Shown: piece by piece, positions 48,291-60,700 of the stretch
Layout of the letters: every line of letters starts with the position of its first letter
Numbering within the stretch: the first letter of the stretch is position 1
Origin: Octopus sinensis
Lineage: Eukaryota
Length of the DNA: 64,000 nucleotides
NCBI RefSeq assembly: GCF_006345805.1
Contig: NC_043002.1
Span: 96,410,001 to 96,474,000, forward strand
Direction of reading: 5' to 3'
Program-made: the position numbers and the translations under genes
Notes under the pieces: generated by a model
Database searches by the model: none
Seen by the model: the letters and a program-made list of their open reading frames with translations, nothing else
What the model was told of the DNA's origin: nothing

Positions 48291-50764
48291 GATCTTTAAC
48301 ATTTCCTGTTGTATATTACACAGGCCTAAAATGTAAATAATAAATGATCTTAAAAATATAACTGTTTGGTTTGATGTTATTATTACAACTTATATATATA
48401 TATGAAATCAAGTACATAAACAATAACTGGATACATATTAAACTGTAGAAAGCTCAGCTGATAGATGATATTAATCCCTATAAACCAATTTCATAGAGAC
48501 AAAAGTTGATGATGAGAGAAAAATAAACTTTCTGGTAAATGTTTGAGATGGCCAAGAAAAATTCTAGATGACATTCAAGACAAAAAAAAAAGTGAAAATA
48601 TATAGCTTAAATTGTGGGTAATATATTCCATAACAAGTGGAGAGAATATATAATAAATATACTCAAACAGCACAGAATTACTTGATTTTCTTTTCCCTCC
48701 ATTTCTTAAAATGGTAAATGAAATAACCTTAATGTGGACACAAAGCCAGCAATTCTGAGGACAGAAGGTTAATCCTTTATTGATTATACTGTACCCCCCA
48801 CTCCAATTCTTGACTGGTAGTTTATTTTATTGGCCCTGAAAAGATGAAAGACAAAGTTGACCTCAGTGGAATTTGAACTTGGAATGTAAAGAACCAAGAG
48901 ATACAGGTTTCAAATTTTAGTACAAGGCCAACAAGTATGGGGAAGGAGATAAGTTGATCACATCGACCCCAGTACTCAACTGGAAGTTAATTTTATTGAT
49001 CCTGAAGGGATGAAGGGCAAAGTTAACCTGGGTGGAATTTGAACTCAGAATGTAGAGACGGATGAAATGCCACTAAGTATTTTGCTTGGTATGCTAATGA
49101 CTCTGCCAACTTGCCACCTTAACAAGGAAGAATATTGCAAGGCAATTTGTTTGATGCTATAGCAATTCTACCGATTAATTGTCCTTAATATAGCAAAAGA
49201 AATAATAAAACAGAAAAATAAAGGAAATTCATCTATCTATCTGTATATATATACAGATAGATAGATAGAGATTACTGAATCAAAAAACTAAAAATTCTCT
49301 AATTCAAATAAGAGATTCAATGCATATGACACACAGATTATATAAATTTTATTTAGTTATATAGAATTTTTATTTATATTATATAAGACTAAGAACTCCC
49401 ATGATATAAATAACAAACTCAATATGCAAAAATAGAGAGCATGTAAAATTTTTTCAGTTTATTTTTTTTATAAATTGCAACTTGTTTTGACTTAAAGAAT
49501 TTGCTCTAAAGCCAAAACAAGTTGAAATTCTTAAGAATAAAATTATGTATTTGTGTGTTTGATAATCGAGATTGTTTACAACTTTTAGCCATAACTTTAT
49601 ATTCCAGCCAAAGATGGAAAAAAAAAAATTGCTTTACTAAAAGCTGTTAAGAAGTGTGGCCCAAGTTTGTCAGAAATGTGACGCCAAAATCCCTGTCTTT
49701 GATGATGTGACAAAGACAACAATAATAATAATATTTTCTACTACAGGTACAGAACCTGAAATTTGTGGGGAGGTGGGGTAAGTTGATTACATTTATTCCA
49801 GTGCTCAACCAGTGCTTATTTTATCAACCCTGAAAGAATGAAAGGCAAAGTCGACCTTGGCAGAATTTGAACACAGAATGTATTGACGGACGAAATGCAG
49901 CTAAACATTTTGCCCGGTGCACAAATGATTCTGCCAGCTCACTGCCTTGATAACAATAATAATAATAATGACACCTTTCATTCATACAACATCACAAATT
50001 TGTGGAGACAGTGTGTGTGGTTGTACATTAAACTGAACTGACCCCAGGATGTAACTGGTACCAGTTATTTTAGCAACTCCAGAAAGATAACAAGTGGGTA
50101 ATCAATAAAAAGATATCTGAGATCTATACGAATTTATCTACCTTTACAGCTAATTAATATATAGAGTTATCAAAAAAAAATAAAAAAAATCAAATAATCA
50201 TGGTATCAGTACCATGGTCTTATTATTCTCTGGGTCGTGCTGTAGTACAAAGAAGCTCTCAGCAATCTGGTTTCAATACTGGATTAGTATTACTTTGTCA
50301 ATAATGCTCTAAAGAAAAGGCATAAATAGCAAAACCACCTTCAAAAAGAATCTCAATCTTCAGGCTTATGTAAAGAAATAATTTTTTTTTTCGATGTCAC
50401 AATAAACTGCTTTAGTTTGGTTAACAACAAATTCTTCATTCAACATAAGAATGTTCCAACAAAGGGAAAGGAAATATCAAGAAAAAAAAAAAAAAACCCA
50501 ACAAAAATTAGATTACCAATTTTTTTGGATTGTTTTTTTTTTTTGGTATTTCCATTGGAATGACTCTTGTAGTTTGTTAGATAAAATTGTCAGAATATGA
50601 TACAACAGCTAACAAGAGCATCAGAGAACAAATGAAGTCATCACTGTTTAGCAGTAGTAGAAATCTTAGTAGAGAGCACTTCATACCAATATCTTATACA
50701 ATTGTGAACCTCATAGAAACACACCAACATCATCATTATAATAATAATCAACAACTGTAGCTGT

Positions 50765-50780
50765 CTTGTGTGTGTGTGTA

Positions 50781-50813
<33 letters not shown>

Positions 50814-50901
50814 CTGTTAGAGAAAAGAGTGTGTATGAGTGAGTGAAAGAAAGAAATAAAGAGGAGAGGCTATCAGAAAAAGGTAAAATGGGTGAATGAA
50901 T

Positions 50902-50943
<42 letters not shown>

Positions 50944-51157
50944 CAGAAAAAGTAAAGAGGGTGAATGAATGTTTGTGTGTGTGCATGTGAGAGAGAGAGA
51001 GAGAGGGAGAGGCTATCAAAGATAGGTAAAGAGAGTGAATGAATGGTTGAGAGAGAGAGAGGGAGAGAGAGAGAGAGAGAGACTGTCAGAGAAAAGTAAA
51101 GTGAAAATGTGTGTGGGAAAGATAAAAGAAGATTGCACAAAAATGTGATGTGTGAGA

Positions 51158-51195
<38 letters not shown>
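50765..51195. repeat. Purine-rich minisatellite with embedded (GA)n/(GT)n
   Basis: Alternating motifs gactgtcagaaaaagtaaa and ggctatcagaaaaaggtaaa...gtgaatgaatggtt, separated by GA runs. Confidence 0.8.
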
Positions 51196-52982
51196 TGAAA
51201 GAAAACAGGTGTCTTTAGAACAGGAGAATATTCTGAAAGACTTAATTCTAATTGTAGTGAAACCAAAATTCTACAAAGAACTGATAGTGAACAGTAACAA
51301 GTTCAAATTGTTGAACCTCTGCTATCGAAATAAAGAATAAAAGCTAAACTAATACAAACATCACCTGAAGCTGTTATATTTCTCAATTACTGATATTAAA
51401 ATTGATTAAATAAAAATAAAATTAGAAAATTAATAAAACAAAAATAGGAAAAGAAAAATATGCAGTAAATTACAAAATAAATAGAAAAATGGAGAAAAAG
51501 AAACTATTTGATAAGTTAAACACAATTCATTTTTTTTTTTGTAAGAAAAAATAAACCCACAAAAATTAAAGCAAAGAAGAAAAAGGAAATAGTGAATGGT
51601 TTGTATTTGAGGGAATATTCTTGTATTCTTTTACTGACTTCACTCGGACTGTAACCATGCTGGGGTACCACCTTCGAGGATTTAGTTGGTCAATCAGTAT
51701 TTGATTGATATTTATTTCATTGACCGTGGAAGAACAAAAGGCAAAGTTCAACTGAACTTCAAATGTAAAGGGATGTAAAGAGAATACTGTAAGGTATTTT
51801 CCACAAAAGTTTTTCTGATTCTTCCACCAACTGCCTGTACATGGTTTCTGATTTAGGCACAAGGCCAAAAATTTAGAGGGAAGGGGACTTAGTCAATACC
51901 ATCAACCACAGTATTTGACTAGTATGTTATTTTATCAACCCTGAAAGGGTGAAAGGCATTGCTGACCTCAACAGGATTTGAACTCAGATTGTAAAGAGAC
52001 AGAAGGAACATAGCAATGCATTTTTCCCCAATGCTGTAATGATTCTGCCAGCTCACTTCCTTCTCACTGTCTATATACAATGAGAACTTAAACAGATACA
52101 GAAAAACATTGGAAACTTCTTAGAAGACACTACACAAGAAATTGAAATTATTTCAGGTAGGATAAAATAAAAAGATAATATATAAGGAATTTTATTATTG
52201 TACATATGTTTTTATTGTTTTTAAGATGAAGCAAATAAGGAAATTTAGTTCATTACTACTTTTATTCATAAATTTTAAAAATAGCTAGATATTGAAAAGA
52301 TTTACATTTTCTTAAACTGTATATCTAGAAATATAAATCGCCACAAATCATAGCAAAGCAAACCTGATAATTAAACAACTCGACAAGGTCGTTATGTTTA
52401 GTTTTTAAACTCTGATAGTTTAATTACCACCCACTGTATTCTTGTTTTTGTTTATTTGCTTGTTAAAGTTTTAAATAAAACGTCTTCTGTTTTACTCTTG
52501 TCTTTTGCTTTTCCCCCTTCTCGGTGCAGAACAGAAGAATGGGACAGCTATGAGACTGTTGATATAAAAAAATGAGAATATTTATATGTATGTATGAATA
52601 AATAAAATAAAACCATTTCTTCTGACCAAAATATTAAAAAAAAAAAAAAAAAATTTCAAAATCAGAAATATTATAAAAAAATACCATCAAAATATTAACT
52701 GCATTATCTACCCGAATGGCAAGATGTATATATATATATATTATTGCAGATTTTAAGAAAACATAAAAAGAAAAAAAAGCTCATAATGTTAATTCATACA
52801 GGTAAATTAGCAGAGTATTTCAGAAATTATTATCTAAACAAAACAGTTACAAAAAAATTATTTTTAAAGCAGAGGAGTCAAAAAAGGAAATTAACCTAAG
52901 CAATACAGAGGAATAATAAACATTTTTACCATCCTCATATTTACCACCATCTTATGTTAATTCCAAGATAGCTATATATATA

Positions 52983-53036
<54 letters not shown>

Positions 53037-53243
53037 ATATTGTTCATTATATTATGATGTTTTGTGATATGCCTTTTGCAGTAGTTTGACATGCAAGGTA
53101 ACCCTTGAAATAAAACAAGCAAAACAAAGGAAGAAAATAATAATTTAAACTCCACACTCAAAAGGAGTAACAAACATACAAACTCAGAGTTTATCTAAAT
53201 CAAGTTTCTTTAATTAATCATAGGCAAAAACCAATATATACAC

Positions 53244-53288
<45 letters not shown>

Positions 53289-53934
53289 TACTTTAAAATG
53301 TGTTTGACAAAAGTTTATCACACACAAACACAGACAGTATGGCATGCATACTCAAGTCAAACTTAGAATCCAATGCGTGTTTGTGTGTGCATGTGTGTGT
53401 GTCAGTGCCCGCATACACCTTGAATGAAATATTGCATTCACCTGTATAATGCATTCAGATATATAAAATAGAGTTCTGATTTAAAAACACTTTACAATAA
53501 CTATAAGAACAATGTGAATGCAATAAAGGTGAACTTCCAAAAGTTTGTGTTCTGACTGTCTCACCCCAACCTGTAAAAAGCAGGCTGTGAAAGCAATATT
53601 TTGGTATTCTGTTGAAGGCCAGATACGAAAGTGTAGCTTAGACAAAAGTGCTGGGAAGCAGCAACAGCAGCAGCAGGTATTCTCATTTAGACTCAGATCA
53701 CATTCAAGTGTTTTTATTTATTGAGTATTATCATCATTCCAGTTCTCTCTTCTCCCACTAACAGAACGATAACTGGGTGCAGGGTGTTATGTAGCATGTT
53801 CTACACCCTAGAGGGAGGGTAGAAGAAAGCAAGTGAACTCCAGGTAAAGAGAGAAAGGGACAAAAATATGAAATAAGAAGTCACGAAGAAAAGAAAATTT
53901 TGGAGAGGAGCAATTGAATTTCTGGGGATGAATT

Positions 53935-54070
53935 TCATGTGTTCTGAGGTAGCTGTTCTTGCATTCGCCGTCTTGCTGCTTGATATGCCAATTCTCTCAT
54001 GTCTGAAGTAATTGAATCATAGCCTTCCAAATCTTCACGGTTCGTTTCTCTCGGAACATTTAAGTAACGT
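53935..54070 (-). CDS. AMFR: E3 ubiquitin ligase AMFR/gp78, terminal coding exon with VCP/p97-interacting motif
   Basis: (R)RYLNVPRETNREDLEGYDSITSDMRELAYQAARRRMQEQLPQNT*. RELAYQAARRR fits the VIM consensus R-x5-AA-x2-R. Acceptor tttacag|; stop TGA at 53937-53935. Confidence 0.9.
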
Positions 54071-54763
54071 CTGTAAATTAGAGAAAGAATTTTACTGAAA
54101 TTTTTTTTGAAGAAAAAAAAAAAAAAAAAAATTACAAAGAAACTTCAGTGAAATAACCAACCTAAATAATTACTAAAAGAACTCAATCTAAGAATTAGAG
54201 AAAACTCTTGTGCAAATTAGTTCTGTTAAGAATTTGTAAGTAACAATAGAATATCAAATAAATTATTTATTGTTGCTTTCTTTACACAGAAAAAAAAAAG
54301 AATAATAATTAGTACCTTGTAAATATCACTTTCAAATTAGAAAGGCTAATCTAAGACCTCTTTAAATAATTTTCTAATATACACTGACAAACAATGCTCT
54401 TCAGCAGTAGTGGAAATCACATCTACTTAAGGTAACAAATTGTTTCTTTCATCAAGAACATTGCTATAGGGCATGCCAGACACTTGTGAATACAGCTTTA
54501 ACAGGCTACAAATGAAAGATAACCAAACATAGTGTTATATGGCATGTATGAAATTTTAACTTTCACCATTCTCTTTCCAATATATTGACAGCATCAACAT
54601 GGTAAATCCCAGTATGACACAGGAAATGAGTAAGCACATCATACTTTTGCCTCCAACAATAACTCAGAGATCACCAGGTTCTTGAAAGTAGTCAGGTCTT
54701 ATGTTCAAGGTTGGGAAAAAGTGTATGTTTGTTTGTATGTATGTATGCATATATATATATATA

Positions 54764-54802
<39 letters not shown>

Positions 54803-56227
54803 ATATATATATATATATATCTATATATCTATATATATATCATCATCATTTAGTGTCCGTTTTCCAAGCTAGCATGGGTTGGACGGTTTAACTGGGGTCT
54901 GTGAAGCCGGAAGGCTTCATCAGGCCCAGTCAGATTTGGCAGTGTTTCTATGGCTGGATGCCCTTCCTAACACCAACCACTCCGTATATATATATATATA
55001 TATATTCTTTTACCTATTTCAGTCATTTGACTGCAGCCATGCTGGAGCACCACCTTCACTCGAACAAAATTGACTCCAGCACTTATTCTTTGTAACTTAT
55101 ATATATATGTTTGTGTGTCTGAGTTTGTTCTCCCAACCATCTCTTGATAACTGATGTTGATGTGTTTATGTCCCTGTAGCTTAGCAGTTCAGCAAAAGAG
55201 ACCAATAAAATAAGTACTAGGCTTACAAAGAATAAATACTGGGGTCGATTTGTTTGACTAAAGGCAGTGCTCCAATGTGGTCACAGTCAAATGACTGAAA
55301 TAAGTAAAAGAGAAAAGAATACATTGATGGTATACATATATATGAACAGTGTGTGTGTGTGTGTGTGTGTGTGTGCACATATGTCTATTTACTTGCATGT
55401 AGGTGAGTGTATTTGTTCTACGTGAACAACTGCTTGCTACCATGTGCTTTTATAGTCACCAGTTGAGTAAAAGGTGATACTTGTGTACGTAAACAGTAAA
55501 CTTATAGCTTGGCAGTGTCATTGGTTTCAACATGTGAAAGAGAGACACCCTTCGGTCATAAATGACCATGAGATTGCACCTAGAAAGTTACCCTCTGAGG
55601 CATAAGTCTGGACAAGGTTGTTTATGGAAGACCAGCACTTACCCATGCATGCCAGTCTCCCTTCTATACATCACTGATGTTATCTAAGGCCAATACAGCT
55701 TGGCACCAGTGACATCGCAACTCATTTCAACAGCTGAGTGAACTTTGCCATTTCAGTCTAACATTGGGGTTCATTTAATCAACTAATCCTTTCCCTTTCT
55801 TCCAAAACTTGGCATTGTGCCTAATTTAAAAACCATTATTTCATTTTTTTTTTTCTTTGAGTCCTAGGACTCGTAAGGCTGATTACCTGATTTCCATGGC
55901 ATATAAGTGACCGAAATCACAACATTTTCCCTGAACATGAAAAATAAAGCGTCTTGCTCAAGAACACCACACACAGCCCAGTCCAAGAATCAAACTCACT
56001 ACCTCAAAACCACTGGAATAAAAACACCTAACATGAAAAAACAAGTAAAAGTTGGCAACAAGAAGAACATCCAACCATAGCACTGTATAGAATAATTTCA
56101 TTATTATTATTATTATTTTTTTTTTTAACTGCCCAGCTAAATTGTCTAACCCATGCTAGTCTGGAAACAGTAGGTACAGAACAATGACATCACTCCTAGG
56201 TTTATTTTAATTGCAAAATTGAATCAC

Positions 56228-56344
56228 CTTCTGGCATTTTCCAGCATATTGTTTTTTCTCTGTTGTAACATCCCTTCTCTTTCACTCGCTGACTTTGAGA
56301 ATCTTCCTCCAGTACACGTAGACGTAGGGAAGTCATCATGGGAA
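56228..56344 (-). CDS. AMFR: AMFR exon with the G2BR (Ube2g2-binding region)
   Basis: SHDDFPTSTCTGGRFSKSASEREGMLQQRKNNMLENAR, compared with human FSKSADERQRMLVQRKDELLQQAR. Acceptor ggttttag| and donor |GTGATT; phases 2/2. Confidence 0.93.
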
Positions 56345-57716
56345 CTAAAACCAGAATTGAGATTAAAAAAAAAACAAAAAAATAAATAAAATTCAATTGA
56401 AAGGAAATTTAAGACTGAAATAACAATCATAGGATCAGCCCTCTTAGCTCTCTGGGTCACATGTAATACACAGGACATATTTACTTGGTGTCCATGCAGC
56501 ATATACGATACACATTCCCAGATTTTTTTCAACAGTTAATTTATTTTATTGTAATGAATAAATTGAATATTGGGATCTGTGGTTGTCGTCGTTTGAACTA
56601 GATGTAACTCTGGTTATTTATAATATCTTTTTGTAGGTGTAATATGTAAAAATTTTTATTTAAATATCATAAATAAATAAGTGACTTAATAGTTGTGTAT
56701 AATTATAAGATTTTGAGTATAGACATGTCAATTATATACTTGTTTATTTAATGATACTTATTGATACAGTTGTTTTGTAAATGTTTTCATTCTATTAATC
56801 ATTAATATTGGTATGTATTATTATATTTGTTATAGTCAGTTTTGTTGTTAAAATAAATCTTTGATAATATTGTTTAAATGCATCTTAATTTTAAATAATA
56901 TATATTTACAATTGATTTGCTGTATAATTTTTTAGGTAATTGAGTAAATACTAAGTGAATAGTATTGTAGCTTCAGACTTATGAAAGGAATGTATGAAAG
57001 AAGAGCTGATTAAAAGACAGAAAAACAAGCATGGACGTTTAGGAGAAACTTATGAAAATGCTTTGGATAGGAAAAAGGTTAATATGAACTGAAAAACTGC
57101 ATGAATGTTTAATGTAGATTACACTAATAAATGAAGAAAGTTCTTATTGAACCAAATATCTTATGAACCAACCAACAAACACAGAATATAGATAAAACTT
57201 AATGAAAAAAATAAAAATTTACTTTAAAAAAATTAAAGCTTACAAACATTAGGGGACAAAGTATTTAATCACAAATATTTAGTCTAACAAAAGTACAAAG
57301 CCAGAAATTTTTGAGAAGAGAAATCATTTACACTCAGCTTTATACTGGTACTTTATTTTATCAACCCTAAAAGGATGAAAAGCAAAGACAATTTTGGAAG
57401 AATTTGAACTCAGAGCATAAAGGAATGTAATGAGATACTGCAATATATTTAGAATGATGCTCAACAGATTCTAAGAAAAAGAAAAAGTGAAGGGAAAGAA
57501 AACTAGGTCACTAAATACTCTAACTCGGCTTTCTCTCAATGTACCAAAAAAGAAATAATTTCTTCACAGTGCAAAACAGCTCAACAGCTGGAATTTTGAT
57601 TTACTGTCAGGTGACTTTTGGCCAACCCTGTATATATAAAAATTGTTAAAATTATCTCATTAAAGGTATTTTAAAAATGTTCAATTTTGAAAAAGGACAT
57701 GATGATGTTACGTTAC

Positions 57717-58057
57717 CTGCTAGATGAAGAAGCTGAATCAGAAACGGATACAAGAGACTGTTGACGAAATGAATGGAAACTTTCAGCTGAAGGCAGTTCC
57801 ATGCTGCTGCTGAGTAGAGGTGTGCTGTGTGGAGCCACCACTGCAGAAGTGGAAGGAATATCTGTGAGGTCACTGACACCATTGTTAAATGGAGCATCTG
57901 TCTGTGAAGAATTGATGTTCTCCTCACTGGGTACCTGATCTAGTTCATCACTGACAACTGCAGCAGCAGTCTGAACATCATGCTGTTCATTCAGAGTAGC
58001 AGATGATGCAGAAGGGGTTGAAATGAGGGTAGAAGAGGAGTTTGCTGACAGGGATGG
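57717..58057 (-). CDS. AMFR: AMFR Ser/Thr-rich linker exon between CUE and G2BR (341 nt)
   Basis: Open frame PSLSANSSSTLISTPS...SVSDSASSSS. Acceptor ctctccacag| and donor |GTAACG. Phases 0/2 join both neighbouring exons exactly. Confidence 0.85.
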
Positions 58058-58868
58058 CTGTGGAGAGAGAGAGTAAAACAGATACAATAATTAATATATG
58101 CATAATAAAAAATACTGTGTGTGTGTGTATGTATCATCATCCCCATCATCATCATCTTTATTATAACATCCACTTCTCTAATGCTTGCATGAGTCAGTTG
58201 TTGAGACATATTTTTGTTACTCTTGGATGCCCTTCCTGTCACCAACCCTCACTTGTTTCCAACAAAGGTAATATGACCAATCAAGTTTCTCAGGAAAGTT
58301 AGGAAATGAATGATACCATTTGTATGACAGTCATGCTTGTGTATAATTATCAAATAGTCAAGACAAACAAGCAACACACACATGTTGAAGAATTGCTATT
58401 TCAAATGAAATAGCACAATGGTTAACTGATGCTTAGAACTCCATGTAAATCCAAATTCAAATCAAGCATCAGACATTTGTCTTCCAATTTTCTTTTGGGA
58501 TTATGTATAATTTATAGAATATTTATCCAAGAGCAGAATAAAACAGATTTAGTTTATCATCACTAGCGAATACTAGTATGTTGTGTGGTAATCATTAGAT
58601 AGACTATTGCAACACCTTGAAACACTAGACCTTCAGAAGAAAATAGTAATTTAATCCATAGTTACTTACCAATCTCAGTTGGTCAGCAGTGCTAAATGAG
58701 AACAGCTCAGTCTAGCAAATTATGGTTCTTGCTAGTTGCTCACATAGTCAATCATATCCACTGCTATCATTTATAATTACCCAATTCTGTAATCTTTATA
58801 AGCTAAAAAGATCACAGCTTTTAAAGAATCAGTATAAAAAAAAAAAAGAAAAGATTTGAACGGCTTAC

Positions 58869-58994
58869 TGTTGGTATGGTTACACGTCCTTCCAGGATGT
58901 TGTCAATAGTGTGATCAACAGATCTTGTGATACGCAAGTCATCATTGATGACATTCAAAGGAATGTGAGGAAACACCAAGTGGACTTGACGAGC
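58869..58994 (-). CDS. AMFR: AMFR CUE-domain exon (126 nt; not in the ORF track)
   Basis: ARQVHLVFPHIPLNVINDDLRITRSVDHTIDNILEGRVTIPT, compared with human [38 protein letters not shown]. Has the FP and DNILEG CUE signatures; canonical sites; phases 0/0. Confidence 0.95.
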
Positions 58995-60069
58995 CTTAAG
59001 AATAGAAAAAAAAATTAATTAAAATAATGTTTCTGATTACATTATTTATGCTTTGTAAAACACAAAACAAATAAGATTGATAATTAAAACTATAAACATG
59101 TACACTCAAAACACACATCATAGAGATGAGAGCAAAATGGATAAACTGAACTGGTGGGTCTCAGGTTGAAGTTTTAATCCTTGCCATCCAGTTTCACATC
59201 CAGGCTCACTTTACAGGAATAGATTCTGCAAAGCTGGATAGGATACTTGCATATGAATTGTTTGAGCAAGTCTGGATGCTTGTATTCAGAGAAATAGATA
59301 GATGGTGAGATATATATCAGTACAGAGAGACACAGATATATAAATAGGGATAGTTTACCTTCACTAGCATAAAATTTAAAATATATTTCAATATTAACAA
59401 ATTGAGAAGGAGATTTCATTTTTCTCCTTTTTTATAAGAGCAGCATAAACAAAAAAGTTCATGAACTATTTCCTGATTTAAATCTGACCAACGGGTTAAG
59501 TTTCTGTAGAAAAATATTCAAATTTGGGAAGTAAGGAAATATAACAGACTGGTTTTAGTTATTTCTAATAACAATTAAAGCAGTACATTGGTGGCATTGT
59601 TAGAGAGTCAAATAGAATGTCACACACTGTATCCTCCAACTACCTGCATCACAAGTTCAAATCGCATTGAGGTCAACTTTATCTTTTGTCTTTTTAGGGT
59701 CAACAGAAAAGTATCAGTTCAAGGTGGTGGGTTAATGGAACTAAGAACATCAGGCTGTATGCCTTTTAGTATTTGTTCTGGTTCTTTGACTTGAGTTTTG
59801 CGAGAGCCAATTTGGAGGGCTGACTGAACTCAGCACCCAGTTTAACATTACCATCTTGTCCTTAGGTGTTTTTAAGGGAGCACACTATTACATGCATTTG
59901 GACCAGGTCTCCAGTTTGAGGATACCTTACCCCCTCCCTCCAACAAGTCCTTGAGGCTCCTGTAAAGAGTTACAAGCACTGCCTTCCCTTCTGACAAAAA
60001 TATAAAAAAAGAGAAAAATATTAAGAAAAATTTAAATGGTTAACAATGAGAACTCTTAAAACACTTTAC

Positions 60070-60176
60070 CATGCTATCCACTACAGAGGTTTGAGCGGCA
60101 GGCAGCCTGCTAGGTAAAAGTTGGGTATGTGTGACTTCAACAGAGAAACTTGGTAACCAGCTGACATATCGTGAAC
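60070..60176 (-). CDS. AMFR: AMFR exon preceding CUE (107 nt; upstream exons lie beyond the window)
   Basis: (G)SRYVSWLPSFSVEVTHTQLLPSRLPAAQTSVVDSM, compared with human GSRIASWLPSFSVEVMHT. Acceptor cttcttcag| and donor |GTAAAG; phases 1/0. Confidence 0.93.
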
Positions 60177-60524
60177 CTGAAGAAGGAATCAGCAAATACC
60201 TCAATCAGTAAAACACTTCAAACAATGACAAACAACAAAACAACTTTTATTTGTAGATAAGTTTGTAGAAACCAAAGTGTCATTTTTCATTGTTTCTTTG
60301 ATATAAATTCTTTATTCTAATGAATATTGTATGTATTTCACCTCCTAACATATGAGAGAAAGAAAATGGAATTCACAAGATTCTTTATTAATCACTATGG
60401 GAATTCCATTTTTTGTCTCTTTCTCTCATTTTATAAACTCTACAGGCACAAAGGAATTACTCAAGTAAACCCAATGGAACTTATATTCATACTGCTGATG
60501 AAGACAACAGGTAGCCAAATACAG

Positions 60525-60700
60525 TGAATGGGTTTTAAATGGCATACTACCAGCTGTATATCCAAATTCAAAACATGGGATGAAGTGGTGGGGACTGACC
60601 TTAAGATGCTGGGGCTCAGGGAGGAAATGACAAGATGTTTGGCAGTATGAGGTTCTTGAGAAGATCCATCCACGAAATTGAGTGCTAGAGGAGTTGTGTC
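60525..60700 (+). mobile_element. RTE LINE ORF2 C-terminal remnant in an AMFR intron
   Basis: KTWDEVVGTDLKMLGLREEMTR matches the RTE-like KTWDEVVxxDLxxLGLxExMT seen in other copies, e.g. ~28680-28750. Confidence 0.65.
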
